Numbered from the stretch's first letter, positions 26,331-41,115 are shown. The stretch: 64,000 nt of DNA from Callorhinchus milii (GCF_018977255.1 NW_024704752.1:15500001-15564000); one strand, 5' to 3'. The notes: a model not told the origin generated them from the sequence alone. Made by a program: numbers and translations.

Positions 26331-27311
26331 GTGGGTCAAAACTAACCAAAAGTGTTTCATGTGAAAACTATGCATACATTAGAGAACAGACATTTACATA
26401 ACCTAGGGGTGGGCTGTGGGCAGTGTGCCAAATTACTGCCCCACTAAGTCTACAAGGTTTGGTGATTATCAATAAATAACATACAGGTTGAAAGCTATTG
26501 GGTTAATATAGGCTTGCTATTGCAAATTTTAGCTCAATCCCATTTTCATATAATTGCATAATGCATATCAATATGACAGGCAGGAAAACTGTGCATTAAT
26601 ACGTTTGTGAATCATTTTGTTTTTTCCAAAGGTCGTGGTTAGGATATGTATAAGTGTCATGAAGCAGCCCTGCGGAATAATATTGCAACCCATTTGCCAG
26701 CTATGTGATCATTGTTTATCATAAAGATAAAAATGTGCCTAAAGCAACAGTGTTTTCTACCAAATGCCAGAATCTCTTCAAAGGCTGTTGTAGGTTCAAG
26801 AAAGGAATGTTACAGTCAATGATCAGCACACCATGCAGGGTAACGAGTTGTTTTAAATATCAGTAAAGCTGCTAGGCATGTGAAGACATGATGAAATTGG
26901 GCTATGTTGGGGAGGCACAGGCTTTTAAGTTGTAAGTTAACAGTTTTGAGTGGAAAGGTTCATTCTGTGTAATTCTTCCGCCTTTAATAGGTGGAGATTG
27001 TGCGAGGATGTTTTTTGTTTGAATGTCTCAACTAAAATGTTTATCCACCAATTTGAAGCGTTAACTATAAACATTAGCTTACGTTTTATTCTCTTCAAGC
27101 AGGAAGCTCAGACTCTCCAAAACTATGCATAGAAGCGTTTACTTTGTGAGTGAGTCCAAGTATAAATGTTTTTTTAACCTGTCCTGTTGACGGAGGATGG
27201 ATATTTAAACGAACATTCCAGGCTTAGCTTTCAACCATTCTACAATGCTCTGCATTAGGAAGAATGCTTGATTTTACCCTGTGAGCCTGTTTCTGATCCC
27301 TTGATTTTATA

Positions 27312-27585
27312 ATAGAATAATAATCCTTGCATTTGATATAGCACCTTAAAACGTCTTTGAGATGTCTCAAAGCGCTTCACAGGATATACTGTAAAGTGAA
27401 TTGACTGTGTATTTTGTGGACGAAAGTCAGCAGCCAATTGCGCACAACAGTGTCCCACAAACAGTCATGGATTGAGGGACAAAACCATTTTCATTAATTT
27501 ATTTATTTATTTATTTTATTTTCGTGGGATTATTACAATTGGCGATCCGCCAATCAATTAACAGGCGTTTCCTACTTACTGCTAG
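27312..27585 (-). mobile_element. 5'-truncated SINE, same family
   Basis: taatccttgcatttgatatagc...gcagccaattgcgcac...cctacttactgctag. Confidence 0.9.
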
Positions 27586-28948
27586 ATTTTAAAATGCATA
27601 TCTAATCAAATGACGTTATACATTTTAGAACTTCATGGCATAAGTCAGAATTTATCAAAACATTCACAAAATTACTTTTGTGTACACTACCTGATGTTCC
27701 ACCTCCATCTGGCTTTCTATGCTGCCATTGTTTGGTTCTGCACCTATAGTCTTGTGTTTAAAAGGAAACGGCTTCCTATGACAGATCAACTCATTATCAA
27801 ATCACTTCACTGTTGCCATTGGACTATGAGGTCACAGACATTTAAGCTTTGACCTTTTCCTCTCTCCTTTATTCACACCTGTTCAAAGTGTATTTGCCAG
27901 CATTTGTCTGGCTTCTGGACTGTCAGAAAGGAATTAGATGCCATGATGCTAGAATTCATACAAGGAGTTAGTTTACATTTTTGTGGTGTTCTACAAAGTT
28001 CACCACCTGTTCAAACTGTTATCCTGAAAATCGGACATTTTTGACTAATTGTGCCACCAAAATATGACATCAAACTATGTGAAACTTTTTCTTCACATTT
28101 GAATGTTTCAAATCCTCAGACCAGTGTATTATCAAAAAGGCTTTAACACTTTAAATATAATGAAAGTTGCCATGAAACTTAGATTGCCATTTGTTCATCC
28201 TCACCCTGCAAGAAGGGATGCAATGCAGTCAGTTACATTTGTGTGTTAGCTTGATTCAAAATTGTTTCTTTTGCTCAGTAAAGAAGTAGGATTTTGCTGT
28301 TTAATATATGCGAAGCTAAAGGTTCAAGCTCACATTCTCACAAGAAATGTAAGCAACACCTTCAGTGCATGGTTGCACTTTGGGATTCACAGCACATACT
28401 CCGGAAGACCAGACCTTAATCCTGATACCATGAGTGATGTGGATAAATGGCGAGGAAATGGAATTAAAACAACAAGAGCAGCTATGAGCTAATAAAACAA
28501 CGGAGGCTGGATTGTTTTACTCGTTGTTACACAATGTGTATAAAACAAAGTCACATCAAAGAAACAAGCTTATCAAATACAAGCAATCTGGAACTCCTTA
28601 GCAAATGTATCTACAGTAATTTAGCAATGATTAGTTAAATGATACATTAAAATAAAGTTGTACATATTTCTGGGAAGCTCAAATTACTATCAGCTAGTGC
28701 ATTTCACCTAAAGATATTGTCCTAATCATTTACAACCATAGAATAAAACAGTGAAATGGACTAACAGATGGCATCATGAACTAAAGGTAACCTGTTCTAC
28801 TGGCAAATTCATGTTGATTTTTCCGCCCTGGCAAAAGAAAAAGACGTATGCTAAAATAAAAACAGAAATTCACAAAAAGTTAGCAGTTTATTCTTCCCCC
28901 ATTGACTTTGAATAGAGCCTGAATGGACACCCATTCTTATCTTATGAT

Positions 28949-29316
28949 ATAATAATAATAATAATCCTTGCATTTGATATAAAACCTTATCACGTCTTCG
29001 AGACATCTCAAAGCGTTTCACAGAATAAACCGTAAAGTGAATTGACTGTATATTTTTTGGGCGAAACGCAGCAGCCAATTGCATATACAGCAGTCTTGGA
29101 TTGAGTGACCAATTTATTATTATTATTTTTGAAGGAATTATTTCCCCCGGAAAAGCAATCCGCCAATCGACTAACAACTGGGTTCCTACTTACTGCTAGG
29201 TAAATAGAGACATGTGGTGTAAGGAAACTTGCTCAATATTTTGCCCCACTGGGAATCAAACCCAGGTCTCTCACTTGCGAGGTGAGCGCTCTAACCATTA
29301 AGCTACAGGACTCCAC
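28949..29316 (-). mobile_element. Full-length tRNA(Ala-like)-derived SINE, same family
   Basis: Reverse complement begins gtggagtcctgtagcttaatggttagagcgctcacctcgcaagtgagagacctgggtttgattccc and ends gcaaggattattatt. Possible short TSD ATGAT. Confidence 0.93.
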
Positions 29317-30554
29317 ATGATCATTATGATCATTATCTGGTTGCCTGTAAGCAATGAATCGGAAGCAGATACTGTACTTTGTGAGTGCTGGATACAACAA
29401 GCCCCTGGCAATTTGTATTAGACAAGGTTAATTGTTTCTTCATCAGATTGTAGCACACTGTAAATATACTATATTTTATGTTGTTTTTTTTAAACAGACG
29501 GTGATGTTGCAGTAAAACATCACTCTCTAATTCATCAACTTGTTCAATACTTCAATTCCAGTTGTGTGCAATAAAACCTTGGAAATGATTGCATGTCTGG
29601 TAGCGCAACTCATTCCAAATAAGGACTAAGTTAGAACAGTCGGGTGTCATATCTCAGGTATTCACATTGCTTATTTCATGGGTACTTTATTATTTTCCTC
29701 ATGTGATAAGATGCTACATATGTCACAACACATGTTATTAAAACTCGATGCATTTCTATGTAAAGTAGCTGTTTTATAATTGTGTAATATTTGGCATTAC
29801 TATCAAGAAATCTTGAATATCCTACATAGCACTTACATTCTACAATCTACAGTATAAAATTACATTTTACAATGTATTAACCATAATGCAGATAATGTGT
29901 ATATCCACATATGTATATATTATATAAGATTTTGTATAAATGTACGTAGAATCTGGTTCCTGTGCAAATATCATTCCAGACACTCAATGCTGGATTTTGT
30001 AAAACTGGAATTATTTTAAGATAGCTATTGGAAGAATATGAAAAATATATATAATTTTTTCATCCGAAGCAAAACATGTAATGGTTTCTTCAGATTGTCA
30101 CTAAAACATTTGTTTAACACAAAACTAAGTCTGACCAAATCGCACTCTTTATTCAAATCAAATTACCTTTAGAACTTTTGCAGTATTGTCTTCTGAATCA
30201 CATTACTCATTGTATTGATTTATCAAACATCAACATTTTTTACTTACATAGTGCCCATCTAAGAGAATGTCTCAGAGTGCTGGGCTCTAAAACTGGGTTC
30301 CTTACACTTAATTTTGTTATTCTTTAAGAAGGCAAAGACGTGCTGCCAAAATCCACCTGTTAAATTGCAGTCTATTACCACAAGATGGCAATCTTAAGGA
30401 ACAAGAATAAGTCAGTGATGTCAGTGTTTGGTTCTGGAGCTTCTGTATGTTATATGAGTGAATGTTTTGCATTATGAATTTCTATCTTTTCCCTTGACCA
30501 GGAACATGAATGGGAACACCTCCAGTTTCCTTTTCTACTCTTTTGTATTTTTTG

Positions 30555-30607
30555 GCCATGACTTTGACCGTATGTCTTCTGTGCTGTATAATTCTATGAT
30601 TCTATGT
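30555..30607 (+). mobile_element. CR1 extreme 3' tail
   Basis: cttctgtgctgtataattctatgattctatg, the (ATTCTATG)n terminal repeat. Confidence 0.7.
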
Positions 30608-33600
30608 CAAAACTTGCTCTCAATCTGTGCAGCCAAAATGCATAAGGTTAGTCTTCCCCGTGAAATGTACAAAGGGGTGAATTCACCGTTTATGCAGTTT
30701 CTCCTGCTCACTACCTGCTCGGAGTTTGGATCTGAGAGAAACGGGTCATTAAATGAACTGTTGCAAGTTTTACATTTACTGTCATTGTGTAGGATATTTT
30801 GTTTGTAGCCAAATCTGTAACTTCCTAAGGCAAAAGCCAAACTTTCTCTCTCCCGGGTAGTGAGGTCAGACATAAAGGCTTGTGAAATGGCAGGAATTTA
30901 ATGAAAGACAATGTAGAGGGCTGAGGAGAATGGGAAGTGAAATTTGATGGAGAGGTTTGGTGGAATGTTAGAGATAAAGGCAGAATGTTTTTTTTAAAAG
31001 AATATTTGAAATTACCGTAGAAAAGGAGGCCATTAGTCTATGAAGCCTATGGTTAGTGCTACTATGGTACTCCTACTTCCCTTTTATTATCGCTCCTCTG
31101 CAAACATTTATCAATTTCTCTTAAATTATACAGAATTACCTTCAATAGCCACATTCTACTTTCTAATAACACTATACAGAAAAAAAACAATCTACAATCC
31201 TAAATTCTTTATTCAATCGCTCTTTGTTTTCTTCACACTAATTCAAAAATGTAAGTTGTTCCAGCATATACCAAAGTGCTACGGAATCCCATCATCCGAG
31301 CAACTCAACACCATCACGTTTGGCCGCCAATATGCATTTTCTTACAATTTCCATTCTCGTTGGTTTTAGAAAACGTAATTTTCAAACATCAGGACCGGAT
31401 TCTAATTACCGAACACTCCTCTCATCTTCGCCATTAGAAAATAGTCAAAACTGATCTCCGAACAACCGTGAACTCAGAAGAAGGTTCCTTACCTGTTGAA
31501 GATGTCTCTGTTTTGTAACCAAATCCAGATGATAGTCAAAGCTTTTGCAAGCGCCATGTGGGATACGTAAATGTGTCATGAATAAGATGCATTGTGCAGA
31601 AGACCAAAATTTAAATTACTCTCACAGACACTTCATGGACTCCTGTGGGCATTGCCTCTCCATTCCATACCCTGTGACAACAGGAAACATTGCTCCCTGC
31701 ACGGTCAGTTTTACAAAAAAAAAGACTTTTATTGTGGTTGTTCTCCACTGATCTTAAAAAACTGAAATTGCAGAATCAATTCTAAACAATGGAGCCTATC
31801 AACCGAATGATGAACCAACTATAGCATTTCCTTTAATTACATCTCATCTAGTCTTACAGAAACCATGACTGCTGGCTGAAAACCCACTAATAAACCAAAG
31901 ACAATATAAGTTTGTTCAGCTTTTGTTAATTGTTATTTCATTTGTGCCCAGCTGCCGAAAAGGAAAATATTTTTGTCTTGTTGCACAGATTTCCCCCAAG
32001 ATCTGATTTTGTAAAGTAATTAAAAGGAATGAGGTGAAAATGAAACATAAATATTTTGACATGTGAACAACCAGTTGTTTTCTAGCTTTCTCTGCTGCAG
32101 TTTGTAATGTGTGCAGTGATCTACAGTACACTCTATAATCAACATTACAGCGCCTTCTCACCTGCCTCTAATTACCAAGTGCTGTTGATCTAGTTAATCT
32201 CTCCATTTGTTTTCTGTGTGTGCCTTTGCTTGCAGGAATTCTGTTAAACTAAGTTCCGGCCTAAATGTTGTCAATATCCTGCGTCTGATCATCATTTGTT
32301 ACGCTCCATTGTCTTAATCAGATATTTTATATTCTGAGTTCTGTGAAAACAATTTCCACGTGGCAGTTGAGTTGGGAGTTGTTTGTTTTCTTTTGTATTT
32401 GATTCAGTAACTGACTTCGTCAAACTATCTGTGCTTAGTACAAAATGCAGTCTTGTGTCGGTTGCCACATAATCTGCCTTTGTATTAGATTCGAAAAAGG
32501 GTTATTACTCGGCTTTTTAATAAACTTTGTTTTTACATTCGCTAATTGATAACACATTTGCTTTCTTGTTTGCAAGGACTTTTCATTCAATCGCTTTTCT
32601 TTCTCATCCTCAGAACTTCTTGGTGGCAGCAACCGACAGGGAAGCCTTATGGGATTATCCTATGGCGATCTGACCCAGCTCTGGCTCTGCAAGAGTAACT
32701 TTGTTCACACTAACACTTTTGACCCCTGGTGTCAGTGATAATCTCCAGTGTGTAAGTGCAATGTGAAAAGCATTTCTAGGTTTTTTTTAATTTCATTTTC
32801 AAATGACTGACTACCAGTTGTGATCTCAAGTGGAACCTGCATTTCCAAAAAAGTGTCTACGTATTTTCATATCTTGTCATTTCCGAAAGTGGGGAAAAGT
32901 CATCTGAAAGCACGTGCATTGATGATTCTAAAAACAGAAATGGGATCTCCCCTGTGTGTTAGCAGCAACATTCAGATTTTCTTCTCTATTAGAGTACGTC
33001 AAAGGGCTTGTGCTTGTAAACTTTATCAATTGCTGTTGAAAAACATTTCCAATGTGAACATCATTAAATTATCCATGTATAAAATACAATTTGAAAACAT
33101 CTAAGGCAGAATTCTCGGGGAGTAAACACTTCAATAAAAAAATGAAGACAGATAATATGTTGTGGATACTTTAACACTTGGTATTTTTTCAGAAAGATAA
33201 TCTGTGTGAGTGAAAGAAAAACAGGACAGCAGTTGAATCTAGGTAGCAAATCTTAATCCTTTCCCAGGAGAGGTATTGGACCACAGGAAGTGCTTTGCAC
33301 AGTTCTCTGCCCGGGACTCCAGGGATGTCCCATCTTGATGCCTGTTAATAAGACATTAAGTTAGGCAAACTCCAATTATTAAAGTATTCTTTAATCCTGT
33401 TCCTACTCAACAGTGCCTTTTGAATTGTTTTCCATTCTTCATTTTATTGTACTGGATTGCCTTTTCTGTTGCTGTACTTGATTTTCTTTAAGCCATTTTT
33501 TGTCTCTCTTTGCAATTTTATTGATGGTCTTGTGTAAAATAATTGTTGCAATTGTTTGCTTAGAAACATGTTGCTCCAAACTTCTATTTCCCTAACTTGA

Positions 33601-36600
33601 GGTGCAAAATGCCCTGTATTTCATTGGCTAGCAAGCTTGAGAAAATGTTTTATTTGCTTTCAAACCATGTAGTTGGAGAACGTAATCTAATCCTTCAAGG
33701 TCACCTATGATTAAAGAATGATGTCATCTCTAGGAAATGCGAAAAAATGAATTTTCCCTGAAAGTAAACCTTTAGAGGTTTGCTTAAAAACTGCACTGCC
33801 TGCCACAAGGCCCCTTACAATCACCACAAGAGAACAGAGTGGGAATTATGTTAATTCATTATTAAGGGGGCATTTCCACAGCTCTTCAAGCATTAAAGGA
33901 GACTGTCAAGTTTACTTTGTTCCTGTCCTGTAAGTGATTCTTAGAATTTGCAGTTAACATGCTTTGGCAATATAGACCAGAATTCTCTTCTATTTTGCCC
34001 ACAGCCTTCTTTACACAGGCAGAACTTGATGCTGGAGTCAAAGTACGAAATCAATGGAGAATTCTACTTTACTTAAAAGAGAAGATACAAAAGGTATTTA
34101 GCTGACTGAAAGCACGGAAATCTGGAGAGAACTTGTATCTTTGCTTAGTGAATTGTTCAGAGTCTTCTATTCAACAGGGAAATCATTTTCCTTGTACAAC
34201 ACTAATTAGGTGATGATAATTGGGTCTCTGTAGAAAACAGTAAAGGAACACAAGGCAGCTGGACTGACCAGCGCAAGAAATTCAAAACCATCAACAGCTT
34301 TAGAGTTTCATAAAACCAGGGAAATTTTCTTTCACACCTTAATGGCTGTTGAGGAATGCTTGCTCCACTCCTTTTTTAATTTGATGTTTTTTGAAGACTG
34401 ACGTTTGATTTTGCTGATGGAGGTAGTTTTCTTCCTTTTTGAAGGCAATGCATTATTTCAGGAAAATATACCACTGTTTGAAACATTGTAAACTTCTAGG
34501 TTTTAATTTGGTGAGTTAAACAGGTTCCAGAGCAGAACTGGTTACTTTGGAGTCCTAAGTCTCTGGAGGGTCTGCTTATTTGGGAATTCTAATGTTGAGA
34601 TTCTGGTAGTTGTGGAACACAGCAGTTAACAAAAGGTCAGGAAGATATATTACACCCAAACACAGGTGCAAATGCACTGTTGGAGTTGAAGCTTGACAGC
34701 ATTTGTACAATTGGAACTCGGCAAGTCAAAGATAGGAACATTTAATAAGGACGGTATCCTGAGAAGTGATGAAAGTCATGTAATGGTCAGAGGTATCGAA
34801 GCATAAATTGCCTTTTGCGAGTTCTCTACAAAACATAAAAACACTACATATTTTAGATTGAAGTTAAAGCTCACAATACTTTGCTGACAATGCTTTTTTT
34901 GTGCAAATTATCCAGCATAACTGAATTGCGGAATGTTGTTGGTGAAGTTATTTGAATCAAAAGGGCAGAATTTTTTATGATGAGTTGATGTTTAGGATTC
35001 CTAAAAGCCAGCGCTTATTCCGTATAGCAATGAATGATTCAGACACATGCTGAAATTTTTAAGCCAACTGTGTATCTTCCAGCTCCTTTTTACCACCTTA
35101 GAACTGAAGAGAACTTAAATGCATCATAATAAGGAAAGGTAAAGAAAGGATCTAATACACAGTGAAGAGATGGAACTTTTAATCTTTAGCAGGAAAATGT
35201 TAATAATCAATACATTTTGAGTTGTAAAAATTATGTTGAACTCTCCAGAAGGTTGTCACAAACCAGTTATTTCCGTGAAGTCAAATAGAACTAGTTATGT
35301 TAGTCTCTAGATGAATCTTTACATGTACCTGCATGTAAGTTTTCATTCAGATTGATTGTAATAAGTAGGGCAACTGAAGGTGAACATTCTAACTGTCTTT
35401 GAATATAAAGTATACTGTTCTTTGTACCAACAAGTGTGGGTGCTGAGAGGCTGCGTTTCAAATGTATATTTTCTGAGGTTACCAAAGCGAGTTTTAAAAT
35501 TCTGAAACAATCATTTTTGCAATGCGCCTTTTGAAAATAAAATAAAAGTGAAATACGCTCAGATAGGTTGTGCCCGTTTTAATAGAAAAACTTTTAATAG
35601 AAAAAAAATGAAAAGAATGGCTGTTACGCAAATCGAAACAAATGTCGTCCATTGCTCAAGAGAGTTAGCATCTAAACATACTGACTTGTGTGAACTGGAC
35701 CACGTCCTGAGAGTTTGTACGGTGCTGTCATCAGGCTCATTTGTCTTCCCAGTGACACCAATTCCCTATTCAATAGGGCTCATAAAAGGCACATTCAAAA
35801 TATAGCTGTGCATTCCATTTCTTCATATGCTAGATTTGTAACTTGTGGTGCACATTGTTGGTAGCATTAAAACATTAAATGCAAAACATTTGAAGGTTCA
35901 GATAAGAAGCACTGTTTGAACCATTTGATTTGCGAGGGTTACTTTGGTCTCATTGTACCAATTTGTATCAGATTGAATTTTTACTTCATACAATAAAAAT
36001 GTAAGAATGAATTACTTCAAAGCTGCATTCATGATTGTTGTGACACAGTGAAAAATCTCCAGTACAATCTGTGTTTTGCCTGTCACTTGCATGGCATACG
36101 TGGCAATGCTAATTGTAATACAGCATCGATCATTAAAAAAGTTCAAAAATATTATTTTATAAACAGGATTTGAACGGCTCCTCAGTAACATAATTAGCCA
36201 ATCTCCCAGAGTGAGTGAGGCCAAGACCAGAGTTATCAACCAAAATAAAATGTACAGAATAGGGCTGCTGGTGGTTTGCTTTCATTGATAAATAATTGCA
36301 ATAAAATATTTATGGCGTTATAAGGGAAGGAAATATAAACCATTATCTAAACCCAAGCCCATTATCAGTGTGCTGGCTTTTTTTAAAAAAAAACTATTGT
36401 TTAATCTCACTTACTGCCCTTTATCCACCGTACAATGCTTTAGATTTAAGCAGATTTTCAGTGGGCTAGTTAAAGAAAGCTAATCTAGGGGATTGTGTCA
36501 ATACACATCACAGAATATTCTGTATCTGTAATTCAATCAGTTTGACTACTTCCTCTTTGTCTTATCTTTCCTCTCTTTCGCCTCTCTCTTCTTGCTACAC

Positions 36601-36943
36601 TCTTGTTTTCTGAGCTCAGCTTCTCTTTCCTTCTATCCCTCTTTCTTTTTACCTACATGCTGCACATTGGTACCTGCAATGGAATATTGTACAATGATAC
36701 AATAAGAACCATCTTTTTGTCTTAATTTCTTCAATTTTCATTCTCGTTATTGCAATACAATGATGTAAATGTTGCTGTGAGGTGTAAATGAGGATGTAGA
36801 ATGGAAAAACGACATGTATGCCAAGGTAACAGTGAATGCATGAGAAATAGTGGGTAAGAGTGGTTGTGAGAAGGGCTGCTCTGGACAAGACGTTGTGTTA
36901 TTTTGTCTGTTGTTTGTGTAATTAACTCCACTTTTCCATTTAG

Positions 36944-37062
36944 TGGAACTCACTGCTGGAAGCTGCAGTTAAAGCAGAAAGCATCAAAGTATGCAAGAGT
37001 AAACTTGATGAATACATGAGGGACAAGGGAATAGAGAGGTACAGTCTATGTAATTCTACGTA
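36944..37062 (+). mobile_element. CR1 LINE ORF2 C-terminal fragment
   Basis: WNSLLEAAVKAESIKVCKSKLDEYMRDKGIERY followed by a ctatgtaattctacgtaa tail. Confidence 0.85.
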
Positions 37063-37124
37063 ATTATCTTGCTACACTATGTCCAGTGATCCATCTAAAC
37101 TTGGGTAAGATAAGGAAATAAGTA

Positions 37125-37260
37125 AAAGGCAAAATACTGCAGGTACTGGAAATCTGAAATAAAACAGAAGTCCCTGGGAACACTCAGCAGGTCAGGCAGC
37201 ATCTATGGAGAGAAGAAAGTGAGTTAACATTTCAGGTCGATAACCTTTCATCAGAACTGG
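37125..37260 (-). mobile_element. Penelope-like element terminal fragment with a degenerate minimal hammerhead ribozyme
   Basis: ctggaaatctgaaataaaacagaa...ctcagcaggtcaggcagcatctatggagag...gttaacatttcaggtcgataacctttcatcagaact resembles a common chondrichthyan Penelope end. The reverse complement has CTGATGA-stem-GAAA. Confidence 0.75.
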
Positions 37261-37317
37261 TCAGAACTGACCTACACCAACAGACTATGTGAAATAAGTA
37301 GTCTGGCTGGTCATCAC

Positions 37318-37702
37318 TGGAGTCTTAACTCAGTGGTTAGAGGATTCACCTCTCAAGCGAGAGGACCTGGGTTCGATTCCTGGGCAGGACGAAATGGTGG
37401 GTAAGTTTCCTTACTTCACATGCCTCTGTTTACCTAGAAGTAAGTAGGAACCCAGTTGTTGGTCGATTGGTGGATTGCTTTTTGGGAGATAATAATCCTT
37501 TTAAAAAAAATACAAATAAAAAAAAATAATGATTTGGTCACTCAATCCACGACTGTTTGTGGGACACTGCTGTGCACAATTGGCTGTTGCATTTTGCCCA
37601 CAAAATATACATTCAATTCACTTTACAGTATTTTCTGTGATGTGCTTTGAGATGTCTTGAAGATGTGGTAAGGCGCTATATCAAATGCAAGGATTATTAT
37701 TA
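37318..37702 (+). mobile_element. Full-length tRNA-derived SINE, same family
   Basis: taactcagtggttagag...gggttcgattcc head, same body and aaggcgctatatcaaatgcaaggattattatt tail. Confidence 0.93.
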
Positions 37703-40700
37703 TCCCATTATAATCACAGAATCTACTACCCAATGCTTCAATAATGGAACTCAGTTCAGATCCTCATCTGTTTGTGTATGTTAGTGTTAGTATAAATTCT
37801 ACATATCACATAAAGCCAACTGTCAATAATAATCCTTAACTATTATCCCTGATCACCCTTAAATGTAATTAAAATGCAACAATGAAAGAGGTACTGTGTC
37901 TCTGCTAATATTAGAGAAATATCACTGTGCAAAACAATCAAAAGTAGACAATAACCATTATAATAAGATGATCACTTCAAAGAAATATAAATTCAATAGA
38001 ATGTATGTTATGTAATGTTCTGTTCTGTAATGAATGCCTCTCACTCAATAGTGAGAAGTCCTATTAAAAAGTAGCTGTGTTTTGGAAATGCAGGTGCCAC
38101 AATGCAAGAGAGGGGCAATTGTACAGACTGTTTCTTTTAAATCATAGCTTAATATCAAATAATCAAAAATATATACAAATTTAAGATTGGATTGATGGTT
38201 CCAACACAAATCAATTGTTACACAACACTCAAATTGGACTAACAATAGGGGGTTCATATAGCCCATGGGGTGAAAAATGTAATAGTTATTAGGATAATTA
38301 GCAGTTATATCAGATGTCCCATATTCTAAAGCATGGAAGCATTTGGAAAAACTGTTTGTTTAATTTCAATTGATAAGAAAACAATCTGATGGTTTCTAAT
38401 AAATACAAAGGTCATTTGGATCACAGTTTTTACAAAACAGGTATTTTGTTAGAATAGACATAACCATGACCTTTCACTTGTTTACTTTGTTACACTTAAA
38501 ATGACTTATAATGAATCAGGGTCAAGAGTGTAAGTAAGACTTGAAGTGCTTGTGCTAAAGTAGTTTTAACTTGTTTGTGAACGTACCCGATTTGCTGATT
38601 ATCTGTTACACAAGATGTGGTTGAAAGACTGAAGGCATAATCTAGGTAGTGAAAGAATGATAACATTTCAAGGACAGCTTACACCAGAGAATATGCATCC
38701 ATTAACAGGATATATACTCATACTTTTTTACTGTTCTACTGTTTTTTAAAGCGAAGGAGAGTCTATTCAGATTTCAAAAAGTGGGTGAGTGTGTGATTAT
38801 TAGTGACAGGTATTGGGGATTCAATAGTCAATTGAGTCTTTAATTTGTAAATAAAAGAAAATGTAATTATTTTAAAGAAACTTTTTTACAGCGTATTAAT
38901 TATCTACCAAAAAATAAAGTGTTAGGGATAACATAGTTACTCATTAACGTTTCCGATATACTATTTTATATGACGATATTTTAGCACTTCTATAAAAAAT
39001 TGCAAGGAAGGTTTGATTCATATTCTGATGTACTTTGGTCATTGTAATTTATTCCACTTAGTTTATAATACAAAGAAAGCTTTCCATGTTCTTTGAAATA
39101 ATTAGGTTGTGCAAATTACTCATTTTTCTTCTTTTATTCTTTTAGTCTTTTATTCTTTCCAGGCCTTTCCCATTCCAAGGAGGAGCACTGTTCAAATTTA
39201 GCAGCTAAACCCGGTTTCTTTCTTCTGAATAGTTTCTGAAATCATCTGTCCCTCAATGATATGTTTTGTACAGTAAGTACTTTTACATTTACACGGCATT
39301 GAGTTTGGATTATGCTCTTTGACAAATGCACAGTTTATATTCCATAACTATAAGTTTTTACAAGCATGTTGTGATGCTCACTTGTGGTGATGGATTGCTG
39401 TAATTGTAGCAGTACAAACGGAGCTTATGTTATGAAATCTATAAATGGCCGAACTACAATTGGAAAATATTGGAAAACGATATGTTATAAGAATAATATT
39501 AAATTTCAAAGAGAAATGATTTGTTCTTTCAGTCTTACTTGTGGTATATCAAAGTTACCTGAATAGGTCTAAATTCCACTGTTATAGTAGAAGATAGTGC
39601 TGAGTCTAAAGTTGATAGGATCTGCCCCAAAAATAATACAGGCCTAAACGTGTTTTTGACATTGTGCATACATGTTTTCACTCAAATTAAAGTAGGTTAG
39701 GAGATTTGAATTGACGGTAAATCAGTCAAAAAAGCATGTTTCCACTCAAAATCCAATTTTCCGCCTGCCAGAATTTGGATGGGGGAGCTTAGAAACACCT
39801 AGAGAATCGTCCCCAATCTCTGCGATATAACTTTGAATTTAGTTGTTTGCTATTTATGTTTCCCCACATTATGAATCATATGGTGACTTGTGCATGACTA
39901 GATTATTGAGACCAATTTCACGTTGAATGTCAATGCATGTCAATGTAGTATTTAAACAAACGTTGTAATATATCTTTAAGTGATGGATGCCTTTCAACAA
40001 TAAAGAGGTCAGGAGCTGAAAAAATACCGACTTAGGAAATAAAGATTTTGAAAGCCACAATATCAAAATGATTATCTTTGATAGAAAGAAAGTGATCTTA
40101 TGTATGGTTGATGAATGATAAATTTACCCCATCCCCCACCTATAGAAAAGCATGATACTGCAATATAAAATAAGAATAAGAGGAAAATGAAATGACAAGA
40201 TATTTTCCGATGGGTGTAGGATTGCCCATTATTTGGGTTTTGTAAGTAACTTCGTTATTTTAATGGTGTTTGGTGGTATCATTCGTTACACTCTCCTTTT
40301 TTTGAAAAATCAAAATAAGATTGACACCAGAGTACATGGTATTCAAATGTAATGTGGAGTTAAATAGATGAATATGTGAACCTAATCCTTACCATTTTGG
40401 CATGCTTTCAAAATGCTGCTGGCATTTTGGCACTAGTAGTAAGTGAATAGCCACACATCCTGCTGATAGTTAAACACAATCATTCATCTATCCAAAACGG
40501 GTAGTTAGTCGTTTTACCATTTCATGCTATGTGAGTCATATAGTTTGAGCATCACATTTGCTGTTTGTCGTTTGCAAATACAAATAGTTTAATAGCTCAT
40601 TTCTTTGTTACTTTCAAATCTATGATGAATTCCACACGACTATTTATTACAAATAAATTATTAAAAAAATTATACGATACTACTGCAGACCAAGAGACTT

Positions 40701-41115
40701 GTTTCGTTTTGCTGTGTGTCTGCTGTCGCTCTCTGCCATTAGCATACCAATATCTTGCACTGCCTCATGAATACCTTAGATGCACACATTATGCTGCTAA
40801 ACATACTTTACTTTTCTCTGTTGTATTCTTTATAAAATCCTGCTCAGAACTAATCGAACAATAATGCTACTACAATAACCACACTATGAAATCACAGGAA
40901 ACTTGTTTTATTTACTCTGAAAGGTTTCAGATGTTCTGCTGACCATAGCATCAGAAAACTAATGAACATTATATAAACATAAGGTGATAAGGTGGTGCGC
41001 TTGCTATTATACATGAGTTCGGATAATATATTACACAGATTATAACTTCCAAAGTCATTAATCTCAAAAAAAAATGAGGATGCATTATAGAAAAAGAACT
41101 GTACCTATCACTTTA

